From Candidatus Aerophobetes bacterium Ae_b3b (GTDB lineage Bacteria; Aerophobota; Aerophobia; Aerophobales; AE-B3A): 64,000 bases of DNA. This document shows positions 1-9,017 of the stretch, piece after piece (position 1 is the first letter of the stretch; the number at the start of each line of letters is the position of its first letter). The stretch is from NCBI GenBank assembly GCA_005223085.1, contig NJBP01000005.1, forward strand, positions 2,815 to 66,814. The letters are read 5' to 3'. The notes below the pieces were generated by a model that saw only the letters and a program-made list of their open reading frames with translations, ran no database searches and was not told the DNA's origin. The position numbers and the translations under genes were made by a program.

Positions 1-41
1 CAGTTTATTGAAGGGGAAAACCCTGAGGAGGGATTAAAAAG

Positions 42-431
42 ATGTCTTTGCAAATTAGATTAATGGCCATATTGGCGTCTTGCGTGATGCTGATAATTGT
101 GGTGGATCTTATCCGAAGAGAAAAACTGAGAGCCCAATATTCACTGTTCTGGCTTCTGGTGGGATTCATTTTTTTAATCTTTTCTCTCTGGACGAATTTG
201 TTGAACCTGGTGGCCAGAATTATAGGTATTTATACTCTTCCCAATGCTCTGTTCTTTATCGGATTCGTCGGGACAGTGGTTATTCTCCTTCATTTTTCAG
301 TCATCATCTCCACATTATCAATTGAAAATAAAAAGCTGGTAGAGAGATTGAGCATCCTCAGCTGGAGGGTAGAGGAGTTGGAAAAAGGTACAAAACCAAG
401 GGGGAAGCGTAAGAATAAATCAAATTCATAG
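42..431 (+). CDS. small integral membrane protein, DUF2304-like
   Basis: 129-aa ORF with several hydrophobic helices, motif 'DLIRREKLRAQYSLFWLL' and a charged C-terminal tail. It is the first gene of the co-oriented glycan locus. Confidence 0.45.
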   Translation: MSLQIRLMAILASCVMLIIVVDLIRREKLRAQYSLFWLLVGFIFLIFSLWTNLLNLVARIIGIYTLPNALFFIGFVGTVVILLHFSVIISTLSIENKKLVERLSILSWRVEELEKGTKPRGKRKNKSNS

Positions 432-468
432 TCGTTTCAAAGGTCTCTCACTAGGTGAGCTTCTTCCC

Positions 469-2451
469 ATGATGAGAAGTCTGGTAAGGAAGATTGGCTG
501 GATCGTACTGGCTGGTTGGGTGGTCTTTATCTACGGTAGTTATCTTCGGCGGGGAATAGATGTCTGGGTGAGAGTAGGAGAGACCTTTTTCAGAATCTTT
601 CTTCTTTTGCTTTTTATTCTGGTAGCGGCCGGCCTGGGAAGAAAGATTTTAAAAAGGTTACGGTTTGAGGCTAGTTTTCCCTTAGAATTTTCGTTATTTG
701 CTTTGGCTATAGGCTTAGGAGTATTTACTTATCTACTCATCGGTTTTGGCCTCGTGGGGCTTTTTAGCCCCTGGGCTGTAAATCTCATCATAGGAGGGAT
801 GTTCTTTTTTACTTATAGAGAGATAAGAGAGATTGTTCAGGAGACGAAGGCTAAATTCCAAAGCTTAATTACCTCAAAAATACCCCTCATAGAGACAGCA
901 TTAATCCTGGTTTTTTTTGTCCAGTTAGTTTTTAATTTAGTGGGAGCTTTGGTTCTGCCTTCCAGTTGGGATGGCCTGGGTCAGCACCTTGCCATTGCTA
1001 AAGAATGGGTGCGGCATCAGCGTCTGGCCTGGGTTCCCTATATTGATATCGGTCGTAACCTGGAGCCATTTAACATTCCTGTTCTATATGGGATGGCCCT
1101 GCTGGTTAAAGGCGCTATCCTGGCGAAGCTCGTTCACTTTACTTTTGGTGTCTTAACCGCAGTGGCAGTGTATACTCTGGGCAGAAGATATCTCTCCCAT
1201 CAAATGGGATTGTTGGCTGGCACAATCTTTTATACCGTGCCGATTGTTGGCTGGGAATCCACCACAGCCCTGGTTGACTTAGGATTTACTTTCTATGCCA
1301 TCCTGTCAGTCTACGCTCTCGTTAATTGGATTGTTTCCCGTAGGAGGGGTTGGTTGGTGATCTCAGCGGTGATGAGCGGCCTGTCTCTTGGTTCTCATAA
1401 TGCAGGGTTTTTGCCCATGGCGATTCTCTCTCTGGGGATTCTGCTAAGCGGCTGGCCCTTTAACCGAGGAAAATTGGTAATGGCATTCAAAGGTCTTATT
1501 TTATTTGTCGCCGTAGCTGGATTAATCGGTTGTTTCTGGTATCTGAGGCACTTCATCTTTAGCGGAGAGTCGATTTTTGATTTTTTGCACTCCTATTCCT
1601 GGAGTTTTAGACATTTATTTAGGCGGCTATTTTCGTTGGTTACCGGAACACCGGCTTTGGCCAGTGGTTTTCGTCTTCGTCCTCTGACACCATATTTTCT
1701 TCTTCCCTGGAAGATTACCGTGTATCCCGGTAAATTCCATGGTCTTGGTGCCATTGGATTCTCCTTCCTCGTCTTTTTGCCATTTCTCGTTTTCACCCGA
1801 ATCTGGGAAGATAGGCCGCTAAGGTTCATCCTATACTATTCCGCGGTGTATTTTGTCTTCTGGGCCGTTTGTGCATCTGACAAGCACTACCTGGTACCAC
1901 TCCTGCCTTTTTTTAGCATCCTGGCAGCCTATGTAGTAGGGGAGTTCTCGCGTTCCGGTAGGGTGCTTAAGGGTGGTCTTTTTACTTTTCTTATCCTCAC
2001 CTTTGTCTTTCAGATGGTTTATCAGGCCCCTGAGGGCCTGGATAAAGTGCATCAGCGATTCTTGGTTTTTGCTGGTTTGAAATCCCAGGAAGATTACATT
2101 TTGGAGAATGAGGAGACTTACCCTGTCTATAATTGGATCAATGAGAACCTGCCCTCTCAGGCCAAAATCTTTGTGGTAAATGACCTTCGTGCTTTTTACT
2201 GTGATCGTTCTTATGTTACAGCTATCATTGAGGGAAAGAAGCCCCTTAATTACTCCTCACTTCAAAATGGCCTGGAACTTCTGGCAAAATTCAAGCAGGC
2301 CCAAATTACTCACGTGGTAATTAATCAATATCGCTGGGATGTTCGTTTTGGTAAAGATAGGTGGCCTAAGCTTATGGAAGAGCTTAGAAAAGAGCACCTC
2401 CAGATTCTTTACCATCGATATCCTTTTCGAGTCCTCAAAGTAATCTACTAA
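469..2451 (+). CDS. GT-C fold membrane glycosyltransferase (ArnT/PMT_2-like) with C-terminal soluble domain
   Basis: 660-aa ORF. The N-terminal ~520 aa are polytopic and aromatic-rich; the C-terminal ~130 aa are hydrophilic. A polyprenyl-P sugar synthase lies nearby. Confidence 0.5.
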   Translation: MMRSLVRKIGWIVLAGWVVFIYGSYLRRGIDVWVRVGETFFRIFLLLLFILVAAGLGRKILKRLRFEASFPLEFSLFALAIGLGVFTYLLIGFGLVGLFSPWAVNLIIGGMFFFTYREIREIVQETKAKFQSLITSKIPLIETALILVFFVQLVFNLVGALVLPSSWDGLGQHLAIAKEWVRHQRLAWVPYIDIGRNLEPFNIPVLYGMALLVKGAILAKLVHFTFGVLTAVAVYTLGRRYLSHQMGLLAGTIFYTVPIVGWESTTALVDLGFTFYAILSVYALVNWIVSRRRGWLVISAVMSGLSLGSHNAGFLPMAILSLGILLSGWPFNRGKLVMAFKGLILFVAVAGLIGCFWYLRHFIFSGESIFDFLHSYSWSFRHLFRRLFSLVTGTPALASGFRLRPLTPYFLLPWKITVYPGKFHGLGAIGFSFLVFLPFLVFTRIWEDRPLRFILYYSAVYFVFWAVCASDKHYLVPLLPFFSILAAYVVGEFSRSGRVLKGGLFTFLILTFVFQMVYQAPEGLDKVHQRFLVFAGLKSQEDYILENEETYPVYNWINENLPSQAKIFVVNDLRAFYCDRSYVTAIIEGKKPLNYSSLQNGLELLAKFKQAQITHVVINQYRWDVRFGKDRWPKLMEELRKEHLQILYHRYPFRVLKVIY

Positions 2452-2467
2452 GTGATTATGAATACAG

Positions 2468-2610
2468 TGGTAAATGCTTAGTAAACGCCGTGTCACATTG
2501 AATTTTCAGGGTAGCCGCACCCTTTAGGGTGCGCATAAACGCAGGCTAAGATTTTGCGCAGGCTGAAGCCTGCGACTACCAAAAATGACGGGGTTCACTG
2601 AATACTTACG
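2468..2610. repeat. MITE-like palindromic element with REP-doublet core (copy 1)
   Basis: Near-identical to 36764-36882. Core REPs are GGTAGCCGCACCCTTTAGGGTGCG (2510-2533) and CGCAGGCTGAAGCCTGCGACTACC (2557-2580). The outer arms are imperfect inverted repeats, and the element is flanked by direct TACAG (2463-2467, 2611-2615). Confidence 0.75.
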
Positions 2611-2651
2611 TACAGGGAAAGCAACTTGTAATCATTTAAGGAAAGAAAGGT

Positions 2652-3980
2652 ATGAGTAAGATAAAGAGAATCGCCGGATTTTTTAAAGGCTCCTATTTGA
2701 ACTTAATTCCCTCTACATATCGCCAGGATGCATCGGAGCTAACTACCCTATATAAGTGGCTCTTGATTGGGCTTTTAATTAGATTAGCCTTTATGCCTTT
2801 CACCGTCTATTATCCTGATCTTTTGGCGCTTTACTGGCGTTCTTCCTGGATAGCCTACCAAGGACGAGTTCACACCATAGGTGGAGGTGATCTAATTATT
2901 CATTTTTTCCATGCCTTTTTTTTATGGATCTTCAAGCCGTTAATGCCTTATTTTGACACAATTCTTAACGACCCAAAAATGGGTCCCGCCGCCACCTACC
3001 GAATGTTTCAGACTTTCGGTATGCATCCGTATGTGTTCCGAACGCTCTTCCTTTTTAAGGTACCCTACTTGATTTTTGATTTAGGATGCGCATTTTTGTT
3101 TTTGCACCTTTTTAAGGACCGTAAAAAAGGATCAGCAGCCTTTAAGTTTTGGATGGTCAATCCCATTGTTATATTTGCCACCTATATTGCAGCAAGATAT
3201 GAATCAGTGGTTATATTCTTTGTTCTATTAAGTTTATACTTTGCTAAAAATAACCAATGGCGAAAATCAGCCCTCTGTCTGGGCGGAGGTATCATTATCA
3301 AATTCTATCCCCTTTTTTTCTTGCCTTTGTTCATAATTCTTCGGGGAAAGAAGTGGCTAAAATCTCTAGAGTTTGCCTTCCTGGCTTTCATTCCTTACGC
3401 ATTCCTACTTTTTTTAGCTCACTCATTTCAGCGGGCCGGAGAAGTAGTAGGAGTGGTCAGAATTTATAATGTGGATCATCTCTTAAGAATGAATTTTTCT
3501 CTTGTAGGATTGGATGTCATATTTGTTTTTGTGGCAGCATACATGGTCATACTGTTGTCCCTTGCCACTTATTCAGAGTACTCATACGAGAAACTATGGA
3601 AATCTATGTTTGTGGTAATGTTGCTCCTTTTTGCCACCTGTCATTTCCATGTCCATTATTTTATGTGGCTAATTCCATTGTTAACGCTTCAAGTTGCAGA
3701 AGATAAAAGATTCACCAGACTCTTTATTGTTCAGGTTCTATGTTTTGTGGTTTATAGCTGGCAGTGGAACAGACATTTTTTTGGTTACCTCTTTACCCCG
3801 CTTAACTTCCCTTATTTTGCCTGGGGGGTACCAAATCCACTGGATATTGTAGCTCGATTTTATTCATATACCAGAACTCTGGGTATTGCTCGTAGTATAT
3901 TTTCGGCAGTTTGTATCTGGATGATATATTTGGTGGTGAGAGACGCTTTCATAAAAAAGGCAAAGCTTGGTGAATTATAA
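2652..3980 (+). CDS. polytopic GT-C-like membrane glycosyltransferase (DUF2029/GT87-like), paralog A
   Basis: 442-aa, ~12-TM ORF. Shares 'LIGLLIRLAFMPF', 'FKPLMP', 'LFLFKVPYLIFDLGCAFLF' and 'FKFWMVNPIVIFA' blocks with the ORF at 6041-7354. Confidence 0.45.
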   Translation: MSKIKRIAGFFKGSYLNLIPSTYRQDASELTTLYKWLLIGLLIRLAFMPFTVYYPDLLALYWRSSWIAYQGRVHTIGGGDLIIHFFHAFFLWIFKPLMPYFDTILNDPKMGPAATYRMFQTFGMHPYVFRTLFLFKVPYLIFDLGCAFLFLHLFKDRKKGSAAFKFWMVNPIVIFATYIAARYESVVIFFVLLSLYFAKNNQWRKSALCLGGGIIIKFYPLFFLPLFIILRGKKWLKSLEFAFLAFIPYAFLLFLAHSFQRAGEVVGVVRIYNVDHLLRMNFSLVGLDVIFVFVAAYMVILLSLATYSEYSYEKLWKSMFVVMLLLFATCHFHVHYFMWLIPLLTLQVAEDKRFTRLFIVQVLCFVVYSWQWNRHFFGYLFTPLNFPYFAWGVPNPLDIVARFYSYTRTLGIARSIFSAVCIWMIYLVVRDAFIKKAKLGEL

Positions 3981-4103
3981 AAATTCCCGGATTGTATGGT
4001 GGTAGGTCTCCTTCAACAGATGGTGTGTTGCAGGATTATGGGAATCTGGTAAATTAGGGGTATTGAGGAAAGACGGCAGAAAAATCGGAGGCTACGTATT
4101 CTC

Positions 4104-4835
4104 ATGGCCAAAATTTCAGTGATTTTACCAACCTACAACGAAAAAGGAAACATAGTGAAGCTCATAGAGAAGATCTTCAGCAACTTACCTGAAGATATCG
4201 AGATAATTGTGGTTGATGACGATTCTCCGGATGGGACCTGGAAGGTGGTAGAAAACATCAGCAAAAGAGATGGCAGAGTAAAATTAGTCAGAAGAATTAA
4301 CCAACGGGGTTTAACGAGTGCTATTACCCAGGGAATTTCCTCATCTAAAGGACAAATAGTTGTTTGGATGGATGGTGATTTCTCTATGCCTCCAGACGTT
4401 CTTCCTCGACTGGTGGGAGAAATAGGTGCTTTTGATATTGTAGTTGGCTCACGCTATGTTAAGGGTGGAAAGGATATGAGATCTTCGCGTTTTAGAGTCC
4501 TGATCAGTAAGGTATTTGATACACTTGCTCAGGTATTTCTCCAGGTGCCGGTCAGGGATCTTACTACCGGTTTTGTATCGGCCAAAAAAGAAGTCTTTAA
4601 TACAGTTAGTATATCGGGAGAGTATGGGGAGTATTGTGTAGATTTTCTGTACCGGGCTGTAAAACAAGGATTCAAAGTAAAGGAGATCCCATACGTATGT
4701 CTACCCAGATTGACAGGGCAAACCAAGACCAACCCCAATATTTTTAAACTCATCCGACACGGATGCATATATATATGGACAGTCCTGAAATTAAGGTTCT
4801 CTAGACATAGTTTATCTACTAAAAGGAGAGGTTAG
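4104..4835 (+). CDS. GT2 polyprenyl-phosphate sugar synthase (Dpm1/ArnC-like)
   Basis: 'ISVILPTYNEKGNI' and 'IIVVDDDSPDGT' GT-A motifs in a 243-aa ORF, the usual size for dolichyl/undecaprenyl-phosphate glycosyl synthases. Confidence 0.7.
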   Translation: MAKISVILPTYNEKGNIVKLIEKIFSNLPEDIEIIVVDDDSPDGTWKVVENISKRDGRVKLVRRINQRGLTSAITQGISSSKGQIVVWMDGDFSMPPDVLPRLVGEIGAFDIVVGSRYVKGGKDMRSSRFRVLISKVFDTLAQVFLQVPVRDLTTGFVSAKKEVFNTVSISGEYGEYCVDFLYRAVKQGFKVKEIPYVCLPRLTGQTKTNPNIFKLIRHGCIYIWTVLKLRFSRHSLSTKRRG

Positions 4836-4839
4836 TCGA

Positions 4840-6036
4840 ATGATCAAAAAGATCGAGCTAAATTTGAAAGAGTTAGGAGATTTGGCGAAGATAATTCCCG
4901 GTCCAGAGCCAAGATTAAGAGTCTCACCAACTCTGGGCAGGATCATCCCCGTTTGCGAGCCAAAATTGGATGGCAACGAATCTACATACGTGGCCAGATG
5001 TCTGGAGACAAACTGGATTTCCTCTACCGGAAATAATATTGAGCAATTTGAAAAAAAATTCGCCAGATGTTGTGGGACCAGATATGGAATATCCTGCACT
5101 AGTGGAACTACCGCTTTACACTTAGCTTTAGTCACCCTGGGTATTGGAAAAGGAGATGAGGTCATCATACCAACATTTACTATGATCGCTACGGCTAACG
5201 CGGTTACCTATACAGGCGCAACACCTGTTCTCGTCGACGCAGAGCCTGATACCTGGAATATAGATACAGAACAAATTGAAGAGAAGATAACCGAAAGAAC
5301 CAGGGCCGTAATAGTGGTTCATACCTATGGTCATCCGGCAGATATGGATAAGATCCTGAGTATAGCAAAAAAATATCATTTATATGTGGTAGAAGATGCG
5401 GCTGAAGCTCACGGAGCTGAGTACAAGGGAAAAAAAATAGGAAGCATCGGGAATATTGCCTGCTTCAGTTTCTATGCTAACAAGATTATCACCACCGGGG
5501 AAGGTGGTATGCTTACCACTAATGATAAGAAGATAGCTGAAGTAGCAAAAGAACTCAGAAGTCATGCATTTTCAAAAGAGAGACATTTCTGGCACCAGTA
5601 TATTGGTTACAACTACCGCATGACCAATCTCCAGGCAGCTATCGGTCTTGCACAGGTGGAAAGATTTGATGAATTTGTCCAGTTGAGAATAGAACACGCC
5701 AGGTTATATAATTCTATGTTGAAAGGGATAAAAGGGATAACCCTTCCTCCTGAAACCAAGGATGTAAAGAACGTTTATTGGATGTATTCAATTCTGGTAG
5801 AAGATGAGCTTGGCATTAGTAGAGATGAGCTCAGAGGGAGGCTGGCAGAAAGAGGGGTAGAGACCCGGACATTTTTCATCCCCATGCACCTGCAGCCGAT
5901 TTATTTCCGCAGATACCCTCAAAGGTTTCCCATAGCTGAGGAACTATGCCGAAAGGGAATGTATCTTCCCTCCGCTTCCAGTCTAACAGAGAAAGAGATT
6001 AATTACGTTGTGAAATCGATAATATCTGTGATCTAA
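4840..6036 (+). CDS. DegT/DnrJ/EryC1/StrS-family PLP-dependent sugar aminotransferase
   Basis: 398-aa ORF with 'GDEVIIPTFTMIATANA', 'VVEDAAEAHGAEYKGKKIGS' and 'SFYANKIITTGEGGM' (PLP-lysine region). Starts 5 nt after the previous gene. Confidence 0.8.
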   Translation: MIKKIELNLKELGDLAKIIPGPEPRLRVSPTLGRIIPVCEPKLDGNESTYVARCLETNWISSTGNNIEQFEKKFARCCGTRYGISCTSGTTALHLALVTLGIGKGDEVIIPTFTMIATANAVTYTGATPVLVDAEPDTWNIDTEQIEEKITERTRAVIVVHTYGHPADMDKILSIAKKYHLYVVEDAAEAHGAEYKGKKIGSIGNIACFSFYANKIITTGEGGMLTTNDKKIAEVAKELRSHAFSKERHFWHQYIGYNYRMTNLQAAIGLAQVERFDEFVQLRIEHARLYNSMLKGIKGITLPPETKDVKNVYWMYSILVEDELGISRDELRGRLAERGVETRTFFIPMHLQPIYFRRYPQRFPIAEELCRKGMYLPSASSLTEKEINYVVKSIISVI

Positions 6037-6040
6037 GGTT

Positions 6041-7354
6041 ATGGCTAGCACAAAGGGAATTTCTTTCAGAAAGCTGGTGGTCTTTGTAACGTGGATCTAT
6101 CGAATGTTCATAATGAGAGTGTTTCCTGAGGAAGATCGACTCATTTTTCTAAAATGGACTCTCATCGGTCTTCTTATCCGCCTGGCATTCATGCCTTTTG
6201 CCCTGCATGGAGACCTGGTGGGTATAAATAAGTTCGCCTTCCTTTTGATTCATCGAGGCTATATTCCTTCTGCTCGAATGGACTATCCCCCTCTAGCTTA
6301 TTTTAGTATAGCTTTTTTCCAGTTTTTGTTTAAACCACTCATGCCGGACTTCGGATATGCTCTAGATTCGGGAAATCCTCTTTGGGGTGAGAGTCCCCAT
6401 CTTTTCAGGTATCTTTTCCTTTTAAAGTTCCCTTATCTCATTTTTGATTTCGGAATCGCATTTTTACTGCTTCGGTTGGTAGACAATAGAGAAAAAAGAC
6501 TGACGGTTTTCAAATTGTGGATGCTAAATCCCCTCATAATTTTTGCCTGTTACCTTCATGGACAGTTTGACATTATGCCCACTTTCCTGGTAGCATTGAG
6601 CCTTTATTATGTTTGGAAGGGAAAGTTAACCGTCTCCCTTATTTTATTGGGACTGGGGGCCTCCTTGAAGCAGTTTCCCCTCTTGTTTTTGATTCCAGCT
6701 CTTATCCTTCTCGGAAGGACTAAGCTGCAGAAATTCAGGCTCTTGCTTTGGGCGGTAGTTCCTTACCTGCTTCTGACCTTTCCCTATTGGGGAGCTGGCG
6801 GCTTTAGACAAATTTTTACCACCGGGGGTGGCTACGATGAGAGAGTTTTAGAGTTATATGTAAACATAGGTTCTCACAGGGTATATGTCTTTGTAATAGG
6901 ATACGCAATAATCTTGGCCTTTATCTATTTTCACAGCCTTGCTAGGAGTTCTAAACAAGCATTTCAAAAATTATTACTAGCTGAACTGGTAATCTGTTTG
7001 TGGTTCTATGCTACAGTTTATTTTCACCCCCAGTGGGTTGTCTGGATAATGCCTATGCTAACTCTTTTTGTGGTAGGACACAGGAAGCTAACTACTCTTT
7101 ACTGGATGCTAATTATTTGCGTTTTCGTTTATTTTACCCTGGAGTGGGGTGGGTTGTTAACAACCTGGCTCTTTAGTCCCATCGACCGAGTCTTTTTTCA
7201 TTCCCTCATAGGTCCGGGTGAAATTGTTTCTTATTTTTATCCCTCTCGTAAGTTTCTCTATATTTTTCATAGTATTTTCATCGGAATATCGTTTTGGCTA
7301 ATATATCAAGCTTTCAGGAGTTTTCTCCAGGAGAGGAGCGAAAATGAAGAATAA
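6041..7354 (+). CDS. polytopic GT-C-like membrane glycosyltransferase, paralog B
   Basis: 437-aa ORF, collinear with 2652-3980: 'LIGLLIRLAFMPF', 'FKPLMPDF', 'LFLLKFPYLIFDFGIAFLL', 'FKLWMLNPLIIFA'. Confidence 0.45.
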   Translation: MASTKGISFRKLVVFVTWIYRMFIMRVFPEEDRLIFLKWTLIGLLIRLAFMPFALHGDLVGINKFAFLLIHRGYIPSARMDYPPLAYFSIAFFQFLFKPLMPDFGYALDSGNPLWGESPHLFRYLFLLKFPYLIFDFGIAFLLLRLVDNREKRLTVFKLWMLNPLIIFACYLHGQFDIMPTFLVALSLYYVWKGKLTVSLILLGLGASLKQFPLLFLIPALILLGRTKLQKFRLLLWAVVPYLLLTFPYWGAGGFRQIFTTGGGYDERVLELYVNIGSHRVYVFVIGYAIILAFIYFHSLARSSKQAFQKLLLAELVICLWFYATVYFHPQWVVWIMPMLTLFVVGHRKLTTLYWMLIICVFVYFTLEWGGLLTTWLFSPIDRVFFHSLIGPGEIVSYFYPSRKFLYIFHSIFIGISFWLIYQAFRSFLQERSENEE

Positions 7355-8912
7355 GAAAATTATTTTAGCGGCTGTAACATTACTACTGCCAGTGGCTTTT
7401 GGCTATTTTTGGGGCACAGGATCAAGAGGTTCTCAGATTGGTTCAGATAATCTCGTTCTCAACGGCGGTTTTGAGACTCTAAGCAGGGGCCGACCTGTTT
7501 CCTGGAAAGAGAGTAGGAAGAGGGGCTGGAAGATTGAGACAGAGCAACCTTATGAGGGAGATAGGACCATGCAGGCCACCATAGCCTGGAGTTGGCTCCA
7601 GCAAGAAATTAAGGCCAAAGCTAACAGAAATTACATCCTGAAAGCTTATATAAGATCGGATATCGCTATACCTGAGAAGGAAGATTATGCCAATACTTTT
7701 CTAACTCTGGAGTGTCTGAATTGGAGAAAAAAGATTATCAAAAGGGATTATGGCATCGTTAATGCTGCCTCTTCCTGGCAATTAAAAATAAAAGAGATTC
7801 ATGCTCCTTCAGGGACCAGGAAAATCAGAATAAAGCTAGCCAAAAGGCAGGGAGAGGGAAGTGTTTGGTTTGATGAGGTTAAGTTATTTGAAGTGCCACC
7901 AAGCTTGGTACTTAATCCCAGTTTTGAAGTTCTAAAGAAGGACAGGCCTGTTTCCTGGAAAGAAGATCCTCTGGGTGGCTGGAAGATTGAGACAGAGCAG
8001 CCTTATGAGGGAGATAGGGCCATGCAGGCCACCATAGCCTGGAGTTGGCTCCAGCAAAAAGTTCAGGTTAAACCAGGCAAGTACTATCTCCTGCAAGCTT
8101 ATGTAAGATCGAATATAGCTATACCTGAAAAAAAAGATTATGACAACACTTTCCTTGGCCTGCAGTGCCTGGATGAGAAGGGCCAGCTTATCAAAGAAAA
8201 CTACGGTATTACTAATGCTACTTCTTCCTGGCAGCCAAAGATGCAGCAAATCTATACTTCTCTTAAGACAAAGAAGATCAGAATAAAGCTAGCCAAAAGA
8301 TTGGGAGAGGGTTCTGTTTGGTTTGATAATGTCAAATTGTTTGAGATTCCTTTCTGTGTAGTCTTTAACCCCGGATTTGAAATTCTATCCGGGGATAAAC
8401 CGGATTCCTGGAGGGAAGATCCTAAGGGAGGATGGAAGGTTACCACAGAGGAGCCTCACGCAGGGAAAAACTGCATGCAAGCTACCACAGCCTGGAGTTG
8501 GTTATGGCAGGATATTTCGATCAGACCTAGAAAATACTATATTTTGAGAGCCTACGTGAGGTCAAATATTATTGTGGTTGGGAAAGAAGACCGTGACAAT
8601 GCTTTTTTCTCTCTTGAGTGCTTAGACAAAAAGAGTAAGGTCATTACACAGACATACCAGACTTTTAATGCTAATTCTTCCTGGGAGCAAAAGGAAGGGG
8701 CTATCTGGACCGCGGAAGACACCGATAAGATCAGAATAAAGCTAGCTAAAAGGCAGGGAGAGGGAAGTGTTTGGTTTGATGATGTCGAGCTGGTAAAACA
8801 TCCAGTCGTGGCCAACATTTTCAAGGATAAAGGATTCTTTATCTTCTACATTTCTCTATATCTGATCCTGGGAATATCTCTCCTGAGGCTGGTTCTGAAG
8901 AAAGGTGGTTGA
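7344..8912 (+). CDS. bitopic protein with three tandem CBM4_9/galactose-binding-like modules
   Basis: 522-aa ORF with an N-terminal hydrophobic anchor or signal and a C-terminal TM ('FFIFYISLYLILGISLL'). It carries three 151-aa repeats, each opening 'N(G/P)(G/S)FE' and ending 'GEGSVWFD.V.L'. Overlaps the upstream gene by 11 nt. Confidence 0.6.
   Translation: MKNKKIILAAVTLLLPVAFGYFWGTGSRGSQIGSDNLVLNGGFETLSRGRPVSWKESRKRGWKIETEQPYEGDRTMQATIAWSWLQQEIKAKANRNYILKAYIRSDIAIPEKEDYANTFLTLECLNWRKKIIKRDYGIVNAASSWQLKIKEIHAPSGTRKIRIKLAKRQGEGSVWFDEVKLFEVPPSLVLNPSFEVLKKDRPVSWKEDPLGGWKIETEQPYEGDRAMQATIAWSWLQQKVQVKPGKYYLLQAYVRSNIAIPEKKDYDNTFLGLQCLDEKGQLIKENYGITNATSSWQPKMQQIYTSLKTKKIRIKLAKRLGEGSVWFDNVKLFEIPFCVVFNPGFEILSGDKPDSWREDPKGGWKVTTEEPHAGKNCMQATTAWSWLWQDISIRPRKYYILRAYVRSNIIVVGKEDRDNAFFSLECLDKKSKVITQTYQTFNANSSWEQKEGAIWTAEDTDKIRIKLAKRQGEGSVWFDDVELVKHPVVANIFKDKGFFIFYISLYLILGISLLRLVLKKGG
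7449..8804 (+). repeat. in-frame tandem repeat, 3 x 453 nt (151 aa)
   Basis: Units start at 7449, 7902 and 8355. About 85 nt (7524-7610 vs 7977-8063) differ at only 2 positions between units 1 and 2. Confidence 0.9.
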
Positions 8913-9017
8913 GAATTAGAAAAAGCTAGTCGGTGGTTTTAATATAGGCCCGGATACAGAAGGCTGAATTTTCTCATAAAAACAAGGGAGTATCCAATTA
9001 CAGAAGAAACTAGGGGA

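Noticed and set aside
80-2496. Small overlapping ORFs in the first 2.5 kb (80-325, 971-1156, 1593-1829, 1831-2052, 2257-2496).
   Set aside because: They are embedded in or antisense to the membrane-protein genes and have no motifs. The 2257-2496 ORF runs into the MITE copy.
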